From assembly GCA_964016885.1 (NCBI GenBank), contig OZ024749.1, positions 40,610,001 to 40,674,000 on the forward strand: a stretch of 64,000 bases of DNA, written 5' to 3'. The position numbers were made by a program, and so were the translations under genes. Positions 35,150 to 46,714 of this stretch are shown here, in pieces (position 1 is the first letter of the stretch; the number at the start of each line of letters is the position of its first letter). A model generated the notes under the pieces. That model ran no database searches and had not been told where the DNA came from. It was given only the letters and a program-made list of their open reading frames with translations. Source of the DNA: Eledone cirrhosa. Lineage: Eukaryota.

Positions 35150-35385
35150 ACATATACTGTATTCCTACATCTCAGTACAGAATGCCAGAATACACAGACT
35201 GCATCTCAGTACAGAATGCAAGAATACACACTGCATCTCAGTACAGAATGCCAGAATACAGACTGCATCTCAGTACAGAATGCATAGACTGCATCTCAGT
35301 ACAGAATGCCAGAATACACAGGCTGCATCTCAGTACAGAATGCCAGAATACAGACTGCATCTCAGTACAGAATGCCAGAATGCAT
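35150..35385. repeat. Minisatellite, about 30-34-bp unit ACTGCATCTCAGTACAGAATGCCAGAATAC
   Basis: About 7 tandem units are visible. Confidence 0.9.
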
Positions 35386-35730
35386 ACATATGCTGTATTC
35401 CTGTATCTTACATCTTGTAAAAAGGTGACTAAAAGACCATTTCTCTTGCTAAAACAGGTTTTATATTCATGGGATCCTTTCTTGGAGAAGTATTTTACAG
35501 CTGGGTGTTCTTCCTGATGCCAAACATTTTATGACAGTAACATTCTCTAAATTGTGAACATATGTAGCCTAGTGGTTAGAATATTGGACTCACAGTCATA
35601 AGGTTGTGAGTTCAATTCCTAGACTGGTTAGTTCTGAGTACTCTTTTAACAGAATGCTTCATTTTACATTGCTTTTCATTTGATTGAGGCTAAACCTGCA
35701 TTTTTTAAGATAGTCCTTCCATAACTTTAA

Positions 35731-35941
35731 CCCTTTGGCATTTACATTACTCTATATTTACTATTGTATTTTCGCAGTAAAGGCTTTATTTCACATAATT
35801 ATCCCAGATAATATTGAATCTATGAGATTTTGATATTATTTATTTATAGAACAATATTTTAACATAAGTATGAGCAACTGGTTTGAACAGAAAGAGGTGA
35901 GAGAATTCTGGCCGGATATGGCCGATTTAAATGCTAAAGGG
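35731..35941. mobile_element. piggyBac-like MITE
   Basis: TTAA on both sides; TIRs CCCTTTGGCATTTA / TAAATGCTAAAGGG. Related copies at ~37822 (partial) and ~51052-51800 (split by a later insertion). Confidence 0.8.
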
Positions 35942-36082
35942 TTAAATCACAATCACCGTTTTTTAAAAGAAATTGTTGCTCCCACTCTGTAAAAGAAACT
36001 CATTGTGTCATTATTTTAACACAATGTAATTTTTCAGGGCAGTTATTAAGTTTTAAATTTGTGGATTTTTATTTTAAATGTA

Positions 36083-36402
36083 CAATTGTCTCCAACTGAT
36101 CTTGCTGGATCCCCATGCATGACCAACCAAGCTCATGGATGTAATCCAGCCATCTTGCTTGGGGTCTACCCCTGTGTCTCCTACTTGATGGTTTCACCCG
36201 TAAATTCCACTCAGTGATTCTTTCCTGAGACCGTCTAACCACGTGCCCCTGGTATCAGAGCTGTGATCTCTCAATTCGGAGAAGTTGTGGCTCTACCTGG
36301 AGTGACTCACTGATCTCAGAGACAGGACTCGTTGGAGGGAGTGTTTGAGGACTCTGCCCCCACGATCCTCTCAGGAATAAGTGGGCGAAGAAAAGATGAT
36401 GA
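36083..36402. mobile_element. RTE-type LINE 3' fragment with inverted 5' part
   Basis: ~36083-36315 reads on minus as ...RRHRGRPQARWLDYIHELGWSCMGIQQDQLETI. ~36316-36402 continues on plus as RDRTRWRECLRTLPPRSSQE* plus a (GAT)n tail. Confidence 0.75.
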
Positions 36403-36524
36403 TATAGAATTTTTTTTATGGTAGTAACCAGTAAATAAAGATCTCCAAGCTAAAATATATAAATTTCTCAATTTCATTCGCAACCCATTTGAATTTTTAC
36501 ATGACTTTTCTCTGTGTTTTTCAG

Positions 36525-36762
36525 TTATTCCTGAGGGTACCGCAAAGTGTTTGAGCAGTATGCACAAGCAATTCATCAGAGATTTCCTAACCTGCATGTT
36601 GAAGGCGAGAACTTCCCCCCTCCGCCTAGCAAGGCAGTTATAGCACAGTTCCTCAGTATATTCAAATTATCTTTAATAGGTATCATTTTATCAGAAATTA
36701 ATCCTTTCCATTATCTTAATATGCAAACCCCTAGTATTTTCACTTGGGCCACATCTAATAAG
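36525..36762 (+). CDS. SELENOT: Selenoprotein T, coding exon 2 with Sec codon TGA 36532-36534
   Basis: Acceptor tgtttttcag|. (C)YSUGYRKVFEQYAQAIHQRFPNLHVEGENFPPPPSKAVIAQFLS...WATSNK. Donor AAG|GTAAGT. Confidence 0.97.
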
Positions 36763-37175
36763 GTAAGTCATTTGCTTTTTTAGTGTTGCTACTATGATGG
36801 TACTAGTATTGATGAGTGTCTGTGGTGGTGGTGGTGGTAGCAGCTGCTGCTGTTTGTGTTATGCAGGTGGTAATGGCTGAGGTTGTGGAAGTGGTGGTGA
36901 TGGTGATGTTGTTTAGCCCTGAGTTAGCTCTGATCGCTTTCCTTCATATACACACACATTCACACACACATTCTCTCTCTCTCTCTCTCTTTCCCACACA
37001 CATTCTCTCTTTCCCCTATACACTCTCTCTTTCTCTCCCACTTTAGAGATCAAGAGAGGAAATGCATTTTAAGTGCAGTGTGGTGTGAAGCAGTGCAGTT
37101 TTAGTATGACAGTTTGAGCCAATGTTTGATCAACCAAGAAGTTATTTTTGTAATTTGTTTTCTTAACACTTCCAG

Positions 37176-37263
37176 ATTTACTCTTGTATGATGGTCTTCT
37201 TTCTAAGTAACGCTCTCGAAGGTCATATGATTTCTACTGGAGCATTTGAGGTCACATTCAATG
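37176..37263 (+). CDS. SELENOT: Selenoprotein T, coding exon 3
   Basis: ttccag|IYSCMMVFFLSNALEGHMISTGAFEVTFN G|GTAAGT, with the SelT STGAFE motif. Confidence 0.97.
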
Positions 37264-37581
37264 GTAAGTCTACATTTTCTCCCCCACCTCACTCTCTCGT
37301 GAATATATTTTTTTCTTTTTTTAAAACCAAGCTGCTTGAAACTGCCCACACTAAAAATTTAACTTTTGATACCAAACCACCTGACTCTGCCCCTGGTTCT
37401 ACAATACAACACTGTTTTAATTGTTTATCATCATCGTCATCATCCCACCCTGTTCTAACTCATGATGAGGACAGTCACAGAATGGTTAAAAAGTAATGTG
37501 GAAAGTGGGATGTATGAAATGTAAATTGTCTACTATGAAGATGCCATATTTAAACCTTTTGTTTCTGTTTAATTTTTGCAG

Positions 37582-37688
37582 ATGTTCCAGTTTGGTCCAA
37601 ACTTGAAAATGGCCGTATTCCATCCCCTAGTGAAATGTTCCAGATTATTGATAATCATATGAGACTTCATAAAGATGATCTGGCTTAA
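37582..37688 (+). CDS. SELENOT: Selenoprotein T, coding exon 4 (stop TAA 37686-37688)
   Basis: ttgcag|(D)VPVWSKLENGRIPSPSEMFQIIDNHMRLHKDDLA*, with the Rdx-family WSKL..G..P motif. The joined CDS is 198 aa with U at position 58. Confidence 0.97.
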
Positions 37689-37994
37689 TTTCTAAAATCA
37701 AGGTAAAACATGAATATCTAGAACTTAAGATTTTTCAATGTATTCATTCATCTAATATTTAGGGGCTGTGAGGTCCAGCCCTTTTGATACTAAACAACCT
37801 GGAATCACCACTGGTTCTGAGTTAACCCTTTAGCATTTAAACCGGCTATATCCGGTCAGAATTCTATCGCTTCTTTCTGTTCAAACTGACCTTAGCTGGC
37901 TGCTCATGCTTATGTTAAGCTATTGTTCTCAAAATAAATATCAAAATTTCATAGTTGTGTATAGAAGTGGGGATGGAAGCAAAGCTGGTGCATA

Positions 37995-38600
37995 CTAGAT
38001 GGGAAGGCAGGTCTTCTGTATTTCTACATAATACCAGAGATCTCGGTCCTGTCTCATCACCTTTGAGAGGTGCAGTTGTGCTAGGTCAGCTTTTGTCATC
38101 TCATCCCAAGTCTTCCTGGGTCTTCCTTTTCCATAGCTTTCAGCAACTTTAAGCACTCTGCACCTTTTTATAGTCATCATTCTTCATATGCATCACATGT
38201 CTATACCTTTTCAATCTTCCACTCTTTCACATTGCATCTGATCCCTCTTATATCCAGTTTCTCTCTGTTCCTTTTCACTTTGCCGTTTGTGTATATTACT
38301 ATTACACCTCCATCGGAGCATGCAGGCTTCATTTCTTTCCAATCTTTGCAGGTCCTCTGCACACAGCACCCAGCTCTCATTACCATGCAGCATTGCTGTT
38401 CGTATACATACATCATATAATTTGCCCTTCATTTTGAGGGGAAAAACCTTTTTGACAGTAGTAACTCCTTGAACTTTCTCCATCCTGTTTTTACTCTGGC
38501 TACTGTACTTTTGGAAGACCCTCATCCACTGCTAATTTGGTCACTTAGGTAACAGAAACTGTCGACTATTTCTACTGAACCCTCTGGGCATTTGAAGGAG
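37995..38600 (-). mobile_element. RTE-clade LINE fragment (third family) in the SELENOT 3' UTR intron
   Basis: EIVDSFCYL...KMKGKLYDVCIRTAMLHGNESW...LERNEACMLRW...GRPRKTWDE. Related pieces at ~51200-51360 and ~59120-59350. Confidence 0.88.
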
Positions 38601-38789
38601 GTAGTGACAATTAGTAAGGAACAAGAAATGAACAAGAGCAAGTTCTAACAGTAGTTGATAAAATAAAGAGTTATACTGAAAACAGATTTGTGTTGTATAT
38701 ATTTTCTATTCTTATTAATATCTCTCATATGTGGTGCTTTGAATTAACTTTGATTTTAAAAAATATGTACTCTTTTTTTCTATTTACAG

Positions 38790-39084
38790 CTATATATATA
38801 TATATATATATGTACATATATATATTTATAAAACCGTGTGTCATCTAGGCACCTCGACATTTGTGTTTTTGTATGCTGACCCAATGAAGGCCAGGGTGCA
38901 AACCAGTGCCGTTCTGGAGGCCCTGGCTGGAAGTCTTCTGGAAAGTTCTGTATGCAACAAACACTTGCTGATGTATTGGATTTCACACGGACAACAACTA
39001 AAATATCTATTTCTACATAAACAATAATAGTTTTTTTTTATTAATGAAATGTGTGTGTGTGTATATATACATATATACATATAT

Positions 39085-39128
<44 letters not shown>

Positions 39129-39264
39129 TCATACACACACATACATATATATATACACATATATATACATGGTGTGTGTGTATATATTTATATACACATA
39201 TATATGCATATAAATTATATATATATACAGATATATACACACAAATACGCGTTATGTGTTTGTG

Positions 39265-39330
<66 letters not shown>

Positions 39331-39490
39331 TATATACACACACACATACATGTGTATGTGTGTGCTGTAAAAATAGAACTATGAAAACATGAAACAAAAA
39401 AATTCTGCTATGTTCTGGAAATGTCATTTATTCAGTATTAACATAACAACAACAACTATTGTTATTAATAAATGTAAGAAATGGAATTGT
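38790..39490 (+). other. SELENOT: Predicted non-coding last exon (3' UTR) of SELENOT
   Basis: Donor AAG|GTAAAA after 37702. Strong acceptor tctttttttctatttacag| ending 38789. Contains the SECIS. AATAAA at 39467-39472 is followed by GT/T-rich sequence. Confidence 0.7.
38876..38936 (+). promoter_or_regulatory. Type II SECIS element of SELENOT
   Basis: AUGAA (38884-88), helix II GGCCAGGGU/GCCCUGGCU, unpaired AAA (38900-02), mini-stem CCAG/CUGG, 3' GA (38930-31) and lower pairing GAC/GUC. Confidence 0.9.
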
Positions 39491-41136
39491 TTGATGTTTG
39501 TTATTTTTTCAAAAAAGCTTCTGATATCATCTTCATCTTACTGTGTCTTTCCATGCTGGCATTGGCTGGGCATGTTGTCACAGTTAGAGAATAGGCAGGT
39601 TAGAGAGGCTTGATCTTATTCATAGGTTCTATAATCTAGCATGATTTTTATCTCTGAAAACCTTTCCTAATGCCAACCACTATACAGAGTACACCAGATA
39701 CATTTATAGCACTGGCACTATCACTTTATAGATTGGTGATTCCATCCTACACCCTTAGGTCAAATTACCAGCTACTTAGCTGCTACTATTTAATTAACTA
39801 CTGTAAAGTGGTTGTGTAGATGTCACAACAAAAAGCACCTAGCCTACTCTGTAAAGTGGTCGTGGAGATACCACAACAAAAAGCACCCAGTCCACACTGT
39901 AAAGTAGTTGTGTAAGCGTCACGACTAAAAGCATCCAGTACTCACTGTAAATGAGGTTGGTGTTAGGAAGGGCATCCAACTGTAGAAATCAAATCAAAAT
40001 CAGTTCTGTATGTGCAAGACACAACAGGACAACTCGTCTTACTCATGCTAGTGTGGAAGAATGGACATAAAATGTTGATAATGGGACTATGATTTTATTC
40101 ATAGGTTCCATAGGACTTGGTCCTATTAATAGGTTTGGTAATCTGGCATGGTTTCTATGTCTGAAAACTTTTCCTAATGCCAACCACTATACAAAGCACA
40201 CCAGATACATTTATAGCATCAGCACTATCACTTTATAGAGCAGTGATTCTTAACCTTTTTCTATTGTGGCATTCCTTGAGATTTTGAAATCGCATCCTGC
40301 ACCCCTAGGTCTAGCGCATAAGAGAAAATCATCATCATCATCATCGTCATCTTAACATCCGCTTTCCATGCTAGCAAGAGTTGGATGGGTCAATGCAGAC
40401 CAAGTCAATAGTGAAGTGGAACCACTGATCTCCCAGCTAGGCCAGAGACCTGTGCACTTATCTCACGTTCCATCAAGTGCTCAGGAGAGGTCATGACTTT
40501 GACACAACTGGAAAACCTTTCTTAATGCCAACCACTATACAGAGCACACCAGATACATTTATAGCATCAGCACTATCTCTTTGTAGAGTGTACTGGGTGT
40601 ATTTCATTGTGGCACCAGCATTACCAGAGTGGGCTAGGTATATTTTATTGTGGTACCAATACTATCATTTTACTGAGTGTACTGATTGCATTTTTATTGA
40701 CAACAGCATTACCACTTTACAGTGTGTACTAGGTGTATTTTATTTTACATTCAAGCCAAATCAGCATGACACAATGTGACACTTTTGGATCTTTTAATTA
40801 CATATACAGTCCATCCTGTATTAGGATGTAAGTGGCTGAGTATACCACAAACACGTGTACCCTTAAATATATTCCTCAAACCAAATCAGTATGACAAAAC
40901 TGGCCCTTTGAATTGCAAGTAAAATCCATCTGATGGGCTTCTACATAATTTTTGTCTAGCTAATTTCCATTACATGGTAAAAATAAAAACACTTGTCCCA
41001 GGTGTTATTCAATGGTGTCGACCATAAGATCTCATGATTGAAACGTGAACTTTTTAACTATTCGGCCACGGATAACGCCACACGCAGGCTAACGGCATGT
41101 CATTTAGATTAAATTACTGGTATCCTTTATCTAAAT

Positions 41137-41300
41137 CAGGCATGGGCAACTTTTTTCGAGCAGTGTGCTGCATAGGATGTGGCTTATCATAAGGTGGGCC
41201 ACACTACTACAACATTCAAGGCAATTTTGAAATTAGGTGTACCATTCAGAAAGCTAAACTGGCTACATGCGTCTCGTGGGCCGCAGTTTGCGCATGACTC
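41137..41300. mobile_element. hAT-type MITE
   Basis: 8-bp TSD ATCTAAAT (41129-36, 41301-08). Diverged TIRs CAGGCATGGGCAAC / GTTTGCGCATGACTC. Confidence 0.7.
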
Positions 41301-41939
41301 ATCTAAATTGTAAGTGAAAGGAAGGAGGGAGTACATCAGCCACTCAAGTTATTTAGTTTATCGCAAGCAAGAGGATAACTAAAATCAAATTTGGTAGGAT
41401 TTAAACTCAGAACGTAAACAAACGTAACTGAATACTATAAGGGTTTTTATAGTCTGCCGCTCTATCGATTATATAACTCAATGTCATTTTTTTATCGAAT
41501 CCATTTCTATCTGGATGCCCACACGTCTTCTCTGATTAACATTTTCACTACAGTGTAAGGGAGAGAACTGGGAATGACAAACATTTGATAGTTATAGTTA
41601 ACGGAATCAAATTTCCATTAAACTATGGTTATACTGGGGCTGCTACTTCAAGTGTTTTAGTTGATAATAGACATGCTAATTTCAATCCAGTACATATTTT
41701 ATCGAATGACTGAGGTGTTTAGTTTTTTGATGTAAAGAGACGTAACTCTACAGACTATTTTAAACATACATGCAGACACTACCTAGTATCTGTCCAAGCC
41801 TATAGTAGAAGGCACGTGGTTGTGAAATGGACTTAATTGCGCTGGCTGTCTGCATTTATCTCAAAGAAATCAAAAACAATAATTATTGGAAACATGATTT
41901 ATGATAAAATCAGCTATTTTATTATTATTATGATGATGA

Positions 41940-43086
41940 TTGGCAGTCGGACACCATGCTTTGAGGCACAGAGCTACGGCCCTTTACTTTCTGAGTTCAA
42001 ATCTCGCCGAAGGGTAGCTTTGCCTTTCATCCTTACGGACTCGATAAAATAAAGCACCAGTAACACACTGGAGTCAATTTAATCGACTTCACCCTCTCCA
42101 CAAATTGCAAGCCTTGTGCCTTGATTAAAAATTATTATTATTCTTTCTTCATGTGAACTCTTGTGTTTAATAACTAAATCATTATTATTAATATTAGTAG
42201 TAGTAGTGGATTGGCAGTATCGGTAGAGGGTCGGACGCCATGCTTTCCAGTATAGTTACGTCCCTTTACGATCTGAGTTCAAATCCCGCCGAGGTTAACT
42301 TTGCCTTTCATCCTTTACGGGGTCGATAAAATAAAGTACCAGTAATGTACTGAGTAATTGCTGGCCTTGTGCCAAAAGTAGAAACAATTAATATTAGTAG
42401 TAGTAACGCATCAGACAAAATGTTTTGCAGTATTTATGACTTTCTACATTCGAAGTTCAAATCCCACAATAGCAAACTTTGCATTTCATTCTTCCAGGGT
42501 CAATAAAATAAAGTACCAGCTAAGTACTGGGTTTGAAACAATCATCTACCATTGCTGAGATTGAGAAGAATAGTCAGAGAAGCCCCTAATAATTGTTTCT
42601 ACTTTTGGCACAAGGCCAGCAATTACCCAGTACATTACTGGTACTTTATTTTATCGACCCTGTAGGGATAAAAGGCAAAGTTAACCTCGGCGGGATTTGA
42701 ACTCAGACCGTAAAGGGACGTAACTATGCTGGAAAGCATGGCGTCCGACCTTCTACCGATACTGCCAAATTCCCTAATAATTCTTTCTACGTTAGGCACA
42801 CGGCCAGCAATTACCCAGTGTATTACTGGTACTTTATTTTATCGACCCAGTAAGGATGAAAGGCAAAGTTAACCTCGGCGGGATTTGAACTCAGAATGGC
42901 AAGGGCCGTAACTCTATACGTCAAAGCATAGCGTCCGACCCTCTACCGATACTGCCAATCCACCGCCAAATTCCCTAATAATTGTTTCTACTTTAGGCAC
43001 AAGGCCAGCAATTACCAGTGCATTACTGGTACTTTATTTTATCGACCCCGTAAGGATGAAAGGCAAAGTCAACCTCGGCGGGATTT
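41940..43086. mobile_element. Cluster of six or more tRNA-derived SINE copies in both orientations
   Basis: Plus: ~41940-42125, 42206-42386 (19-bp TSD ATTAATATTAGTAGTAGTA) and an older copy ~42410-42530. Minus: ~42593-42766, ~42781-42967 and ~42983-43086. Confidence 0.9.
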
Positions 43087-43939
43087 GGGCACTAATTAGC
43101 ACATAGATAAATTAACCTTAAAATTAGTTGCTGTGAGACTCTTTGGGTCAATGGCAAACAAATCTGGTGATAATGGCAATCTTGTGTAATGCCACTACTA
43201 ACCACTTCATGCAGAAATATTGAGCCATCATGTGGTCACAATATCTACTAGAAATAGCAGCCTAGTTCCTTTAAATGGTGCCCAACCATATTTCTTTTAA
43301 AAAAGAACACATTGAACAATGTCCTAGATACACAAAAAGACAAGATGGTATTATAGGTCATCTCAACCAGAGCTGACTCTGGGCTAAACAACAATAATAC
43401 AACATTCTTGTTAAGGTCATTTTCCTTGCTAAACCAGAGTTAGCATTGAGGACTCCATGACACTCCTCACTCACTGTAGGGTCCTTTTTAAAGCAATGTT
43501 TTATGGGCTGGATGCCCTTCCTGGCATCAACACTTTTAGTTACACTGTATCCCCGTGTGTCATCTGAGGTATGTATAAACGTAACAACGATAACTAGAAG
43601 ATAAAACTAAGAAGGAGCAAGAAAAACAGATGACACCAGAAAGATTATTGTTTTAAATAAAGAAGTATGAAAAGTAGTCTCTGTCATTGACTCACACATT
43701 TATATATAGCTCCATAAGATAGCAGCAAGTGACTCCAGGGAGATTAGGCTGCTATTTCTAGCATCTCCATCTATAATGTAGTGGTCTCCATTGTTGACTC
43801 ACACATATATAGATCCATAAGAACAGCAGTGTGTAGTTTGAGGGAGATTTGGCTGCTATTTCTGAATTCTGAGTTCAAATTTGTCCTAAGTGTTCAACCT
43901 GACTGATAACCAGAGTTAATAACTCAACAACAGGAGCAT

Positions 43940-44365
43940 TATGGGCGGGTAAAATTCCCGAGATCCATGGACGAGTTCTCTCCAGCAGTCTCTGTCGCTC
44001 ATTATCGCTGCCATGTCCTGCGTCTCCAACAGACCAGTGTCTGTCCTTAGGCCATCAACATATGTTAACCTTGGTCTTCCTGTAGTGGAGTCTGTGCTGC
44101 TGTACGGGTCTGAGACTTGGACACTGACCAAGAAACTCACTCAGATGGTGGATGGGTGCTACACGAGAATGCTGAGGATGGCTCTGAACATTAATCAGTA
44201 TACACTGAGGATGAACAACTGAGAGCTGTATGGGAGCCTCCCAAAAGTCAGCTCAAAAGTGACACAGAGGAGACTGAGGTTAGCTGGACATGCTCACCAA
44301 CATCCAGAGTTGACATTGCACTCAGTGCTCCTTTGGGAGCCCCTACATGGACACACTGGAAGAGG
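43940..44365. mobile_element. RTE-clade LINE copy with 5' inversion
   Basis: Same family as 18329-18925. The 3' end is on minus (43940-44080) and the upstream segment on plus (44081-44365). 11-bp TSD AACAGGAGCAT at 43929-39 and 44366-76. Confidence 0.92.
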
Positions 44366-44449
44366 AACAGGAGCATAACTGATCATAAAAACTGAAGAAA
44401 GATTGTGGACATCTACTGCAGTTAAATGGTGGTGATGATTGAGAGCTAA

Positions 44450-45040
44450 ATATTACTGAACCTTAAAAGATCAGTTTTATACAGGGTGGATGCTACCATT
44501 AGGACAAACTAGGTAGCCCCCTATGGCATGGACCTCTGACACACCCATTACTGAACCTTAAAGAATCACAGTTTTATACAGGGTTAGTTCTACCATTAGG
44601 ACCAACTAGGGAGCCTCCTATGGCACAGACCTCAGACACACCCATCACTGACCCTTAAAGATGTTACCACTAGGACCAACTAGGGAGCCTCCTATGGCAC
44701 AGACCTCAGACACACCCATCACTGACCCTTAAAGATGTTACCACTAGGACCAACTAGGGAGCCTCCTATGGCACAGACCTCAGACACACCCATCACTGAC
44801 CCTTAAAGATGCTACCATTAGGACCAACTAGAGAGTCTCCTATGGACACACCTCTTACACACCCATTACTGAACCTTGAAGGATCACAGTTTTAGGCTTG
44901 GCGCTACCATTAAGGCCAACCCGGGAGCCACATAGAATGCAAACCTCAGAGGGGTACATTACTGGACATTAAAAGATTACAGTTTTATACAGAGCCAGCA
45001 TTACCATTAAGACCAACTACTAGCCATTTAGAGTGCAGAC
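44450..45040. repeat. Tandem repeat with 60-80-bp units
   Basis: TACCACTAGGACCAACTAGGGAGCCTCCTATGGCACAGACCTCAGACACACCCATCACTGACCCTTAAAGATG is repeated. The central copies are near-identical and the flanking ones diverged. Confidence 0.9.
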
Positions 45041-45060
45041 CTTTGTAAGGGTTAAATAAT

Positions 45061-45244
45061 TGTTTCTACTTTAGGCACAAGGCCAGCAATTACCCAGTGC
45101 ATTACTGGTACTTTATTTTATCGACCCCGTAAGGATGAAAGGCAAAGTCAACCTCGGCGAGATTTGAACTCAGATCGTAAAGGGACGTAACTATGCTGGA
45201 AAGCATGGCGTCCGACCCTCTACCGATACTGCCAATCCACCGCC
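45061..45244 (-). mobile_element. Full-length tRNA-derived SINE with 18-bp TSD
   Basis: TSD TTGTAAGGGTTAAATAAT at 45043-60 and 45245-62. It sits at the tail of an older SINE (~45263-45435). Confidence 0.93.
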
Positions 45245-45785
45245 TTGTAAGGGTTAAATAATGTTTTCTGATTTAGGCCCAAGGCAAACAATGTTTGGGG
45301 GAAGGAGAAGTCGATTAAATCGACTCCAATACGTTACGGGTGCTTTATTTTATCGACTTCTTAAGGATGAAAGGCAAAGCTGAAGGGCTGTAACTCCATG
45401 CCGCAACGCATGGTGTTCAACACTCTGCCATAGTAAATAAAATACATTTGTATTGAGTGCTCATTTATAACTGGTCTCCTTTACCCTTGTAATACAAAAT
45501 ACCCCAAAAACATATATGTATGTATGTGAGGAGGGGAGGGATTCATCTCTGTGATTAGGTCTACACCGCTTAACAGCCGGTGTTGTTTGTTGATGTCCCT
45601 TAACATAGCGGTTGGACAAAGAGAGATCGATAAAATAAGTACCAATTTTTTTTTTAAAGTACCAAATCGATATAACCAACTAAAAACAATTACAGTCAGT
45701 AATCCAGTATGGCCGCACCGCAGTCTATAGACTGAAACTGGTAAAAGAATATTATACATATATGTATGTATAATAAATATCCATT

Positions 45786-45819
<34 letters not shown>

Positions 45820-46269
45820 TGGTTATATATATATTGGTTAAACATATATGTGTATGTGTGTGTATAGAGAGGCGGATGGGAGATCTCTGACTCTCTCTTA
45901 CTTCTTCCTTCTCTCTCACATATATTAGGTGAGAGGGGGACAATGAATTAAAAAATAAATAAATAAAAACGATAACGTATGTTCAGGAATAAAAGAATGA
46001 TAGATTAATTAGTAATCTTATTGTAAATCTAATGTATCTACGTTAGTAATTTACGAATAAGAATGTTATTCAGTCTTGCTTCCGTCAAGTGCGGGACTAC
46101 AATGGCTTGGTTTCTACTTTGTATGTAGTTACCGGTCTCTGACGTTGGAAAAGACACTGCTTACTCTGGCTTCTTTCATATATTATTCCTATCATATACA
46201 TCACCATCATCATATATCTCTTCTGTCTTCTTCTTTCAGACATACATATATATATATAAATAAATCGTC

Positions 46270-46714
46270 ATGTTCCTTGATAGATTCTTACTCCGATTGT
46301 TCCACTACTTGCTGTCGTTCGCCTCCTGTGTCTACGATTGGTGGTTGAAAATACTACAGCTTCGCTTTCTCCTCTTTGCTGGTAACAGTGGATTTAATAA
46401 TTTCCACGGCTTTCTCTATTTCCTGAAGCACATCTTCAGTTGTTTTAAAAACAGAAGAAAGTCGTCGACAATAACAACAATTACAGCAACCACAACGACG
46501 AGAAAGTTTATTAATACCACTTCTAACACCGCCACAACGGCGACACCTTTGCAAGTGAGTCGCATCCGATGTGATGGTAAAGAATTGAAGAAATTGCCAA
46601 CCAGTCTCGGTTTGGCCCTTAACGAGAAGGACATGTCTACCTTGGATGTCTGTAACATTGTCATATGGTCGTTGGTCATGGGAATTCCTTACATCAGCAT
46701 TTACGACATCAAAG
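46270..46714 (+). CDS. NUS1: NUS1 (NgBR, cis-prenyltransferase / DHDDS complex subunit), coding exon 1
   Basis: Hydrophobic N-terminus, then DGKELKKLPTSLGLALNEKDMSTLDVCNIVIWSLVMGIPYISIYDIKG (NUS1 motif KLP.H.GL...W....GI.YIS.YD..G). Phase-1 donor AAAG|GTGGGT. Confidence 0.92.

Noticed and set aside
36535-36575. Sec redefinition element (stem-loop just 3' of the UGA)
   Set aside because: Only weak pairing (TACcGC/GCaGTA) is visible by eye; it cannot be supported without folding and conservation analysis.
46091-46103. ACTACAAT (ZNF143-like) motif upstream of NUS1 and CGGAAGT (ETS-like) at 10500-10506 upstream of SELENOT
   Set aside because: The positions are plausible but the motifs are short and partial; chance occurrence cannot be excluded.
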